64,000 nt of DNA from Polyangiales bacterium (lineage in GTDB: Bacteria; Myxococcota_A; Polyangia; Polyangiales; Ga0077539): the NCBI GenBank assembly GCA_044229975.1, contig JBGARZ010000011.1, positions 64,001 through 128,000 on the forward strand, read 5' to 3'. Both the position numbers and the translations under genes were made by a program. The notes under the pieces are model-generated. The model did not search any database. It was given only the letters and a program-made list of their open reading frames with translations, and was not told the origin of the DNA. Of the stretch, positions 62,465-64,000 are shown piece after piece (positions within the stretch are counted from its first letter, which is position 1; each line of letters starts with the position of its first letter).

Positions 62465-62746
62465 CTACCAGGGCTGATCGGGGAAGTGCGCCGCGGCGTT
62501 GCAACGCGGGCAGCGGCGTAGCCCCTTCGCGCGGAAGGCGATGACGGCCCCGACGCCCGCGCCCGACACGAGCCCGATGCCCGTCCCCAGGTGGAGAATG
62601 CTGCCGCCCACTCCGGCGGCGAGGTTTACGCCGAAGGCCAGCGCCCAGACCCTCCAGTCGGTGATGAGGGCCTTGCCCTTCTCTCCAGGGGACAACTGGC
62701 CGAGCTCACTCGATTCGACCGCCTGATGGCACTTCGGACATTCCAT
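62465..62746 (-). CDS. Small membrane protein flanked by two CxxC motifs
   Basis: MECPKC, two hydrophobic helices, RCPRC. Confidence 0.65.
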   Translation of the reverse strand: MECPKCHQAVESSELGQLSPGEKGKALITDWRVWALAFGVNLAAGVGGSILHLGTGIGLVSGAGVGAVIAFRAKGLRRCPRCNAAAHFPDQPW

Positions 62747-62869
62747 TGGATCGTTACTCCCTGATCGGTCCGGAGTCTGCCAGAGGCTCGGTGACGACGG
62801 CTACATCCCGAGGTGCGTGGCAGTGTCCGAGTCGGGACACTCCCATCCCGGTGATCCTTGAGATAGGAC

Positions 62870-63127
62870 AACCCACGTCGCTCACGCCGGAGTTCACCGT
62901 GCCGCCCCCTCCGCTCACCGCGCTCGGTTCACTCCGGGCTATTTCAGGCGGATCGCCCCGCCTGAAGCGGGGCTCCAGTGACCACTTCATGGCCATGCTG
63001 TTTTATCCAAGCAGGTAAACAGAGCCCCGCCCCAGGCGGGGCGATCCGCCTGAAATAGCCCGGAGTGAACCGAGCGCGGTGAGCGGAGGGGACGGCACGG
63101 TGAACTCCGGCGTGAGCGACGTGGGTT
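62870..63127. repeat. Long inverted-repeat (REPIN-like) element
   Basis: 106-bp arms 62870-62975 and 63022-63127, about 3 mismatches, 46-bp AT-richer spacer; inner hairpin GCCCCGC-N5-GCGGGGC. Confidence 0.9.
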
Positions 63128-63242
63128 CTCAACCTGGGACACTGGGCCTCCGCTCAGGGCACCACCGGGTGCGCGGTTGACACCCCGGCCCCCGCTCCTC
63201 GTACCCTCGCGGCCTCGCCACCCCTGACCGGAGCGGAGCCGC

Positions 63243-64000
63243 TTGTACCCCACCACCCTCAGCCGCATCGCGCTCGCCCTTCTCGGCGCGCTCGCCCTCG
63301 ACGCGTGCAACCTCCGTCGGCTCACCGCCGACTCCACGGCCGACCTGCTGCACGCCGGTTCGCCGCAGATCAACACCCTCGAAGACATCGACTTCGCCGA
63401 GGCCGGCGCGCCCGCGAGCCTCGTCGCCGTCGAGAGCGTCTGGCGCGTCGCCCGCGACAACGAAGACCTCCTCGTCGAGCTCGTGCAGGGCTACGCGTCG
63501 TACGGGTACGCCTTTCTCGAAGACCACATGGAGCGCGCCCGCGCCGCCGACAACGAGGAGCGCGAGGAGTACTGGCGCTTCCGAGCGCGCGCAGCGTACC
63601 GGCGCGGGAAGATGTTCGGGCTGATCTTCCTCGACGTGCGGCACCACGCCGACGGCGGCGCCGAGGCCGTCACCCGACGCGGCATCGACCCGTGGCGCGC
63701 GTACCTCCAGCGCTTCGACAGCCCCGAGGATGTCCCCGCCCTCTACTGGACCGCCAACGCCTGGGCCTCGCTCATCTCGCTGAGCGTCGACGACTCCTCG
63801 GCGCTGCTCGACCTGCCCTTCGCCGTCGCCCTCGCCGAGCGCGCCCGCCAGCTCGACCCGCACTACTACCGCGGCGCCATCGACGCGCTCTTCGCCGTCT
63901 ACCACGCGAGCACGCCGACCAGCCTCGGCGGACAGCCCGACCTCGCGCGCCGGGAGTTCGAGGCCGCGCTCGCCACCTCCCATCGCGCGATGCTCACGTA
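63243..64000 (+). CDS. TRAP transporter TatT-like lipoprotein (partial, runs off window)
   Basis: TTG start; LALLGALALDAC; EDIDFAEAGAPASL...QGYASYGYAFLE...DVPALYWTANAW...LGGQPDLARREFEAAL; absent from the ORF track because no stop is in the window. Confidence 0.8.
   Translation, partial: MYPTTLSRIALALLGALALDACNLRRLTADSTADLLHAGSPQINTLEDIDFAEAGAPASLVAVESVWRVARDNEDLLVELVQGYASYGYAFLEDHMERARAADNEEREEYWRFRARAAYRRGKMFGLIFLDVRHHADGGAEAVTRRGIDPWRAYLQRFDSPEDVPALYWTANAWASLISLSVDDSSALLDLPFAVALAERARQLDPHYYRGAIDALFAVYHASTPTSLGGQPDLARREFEAALATSHRAMLT

Noticed and set aside
62822..62841. Short imperfect palindrome AGTGTCC-N6-GGACACT
   Set aside because: Could be an operator, but there is a single copy and no regulator nearby

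Overview
High-GC bacterial chromosomal window. Its gene content (three Hanks-type kinases, many Cys-rich repeat lipoproteins with acidic linkers, a TatT-like lipoprotein) looks like Myxococcota, probably Polyangiales-like; that assignment is inference. About 55 genes are present. Housekeeping: rlmH, rsfS, tsaD, polyprenyl synthetase, acyl-CoA dehydrogenase, POT transporter. Envelope enzymes: L,D-transpeptidase, M23, M15B, GH5. Regulatory modules: TetR-P450 with a clear operator, and a SigG-like ECF with a VOC gene and matching promoter. There are also a Phd-VapC pair, a small-protein/HNH pair, several gene remnants and five long intergenic inverted-repeat elements. No tRNA, rRNA, CRISPR array, integrase or transposase was recognised. 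Most notable: (1) a stand-alone, very divergent, apparently non-catalytic RNA polymerase beta' (RpoC)-like gene, split by a frameshift, next to the HNH pair; (2) a coupled radical SAM gene and partner with an N-terminal F-x-S-N-N-S motif and a C-terminal L7/L12-like domain; (3) a 35-bp duplication of the polyprenyl synthetase 3' end bracketing a 3.4-kb island; (4) surface lipoproteins sharing a stalk but carrying different tip domains; (5) RsfS with a histone-H1-like basic tail. All calls are by-eye motif recognition; no searches were run, and many starts were moved from the ORF track to the most plausible codon.
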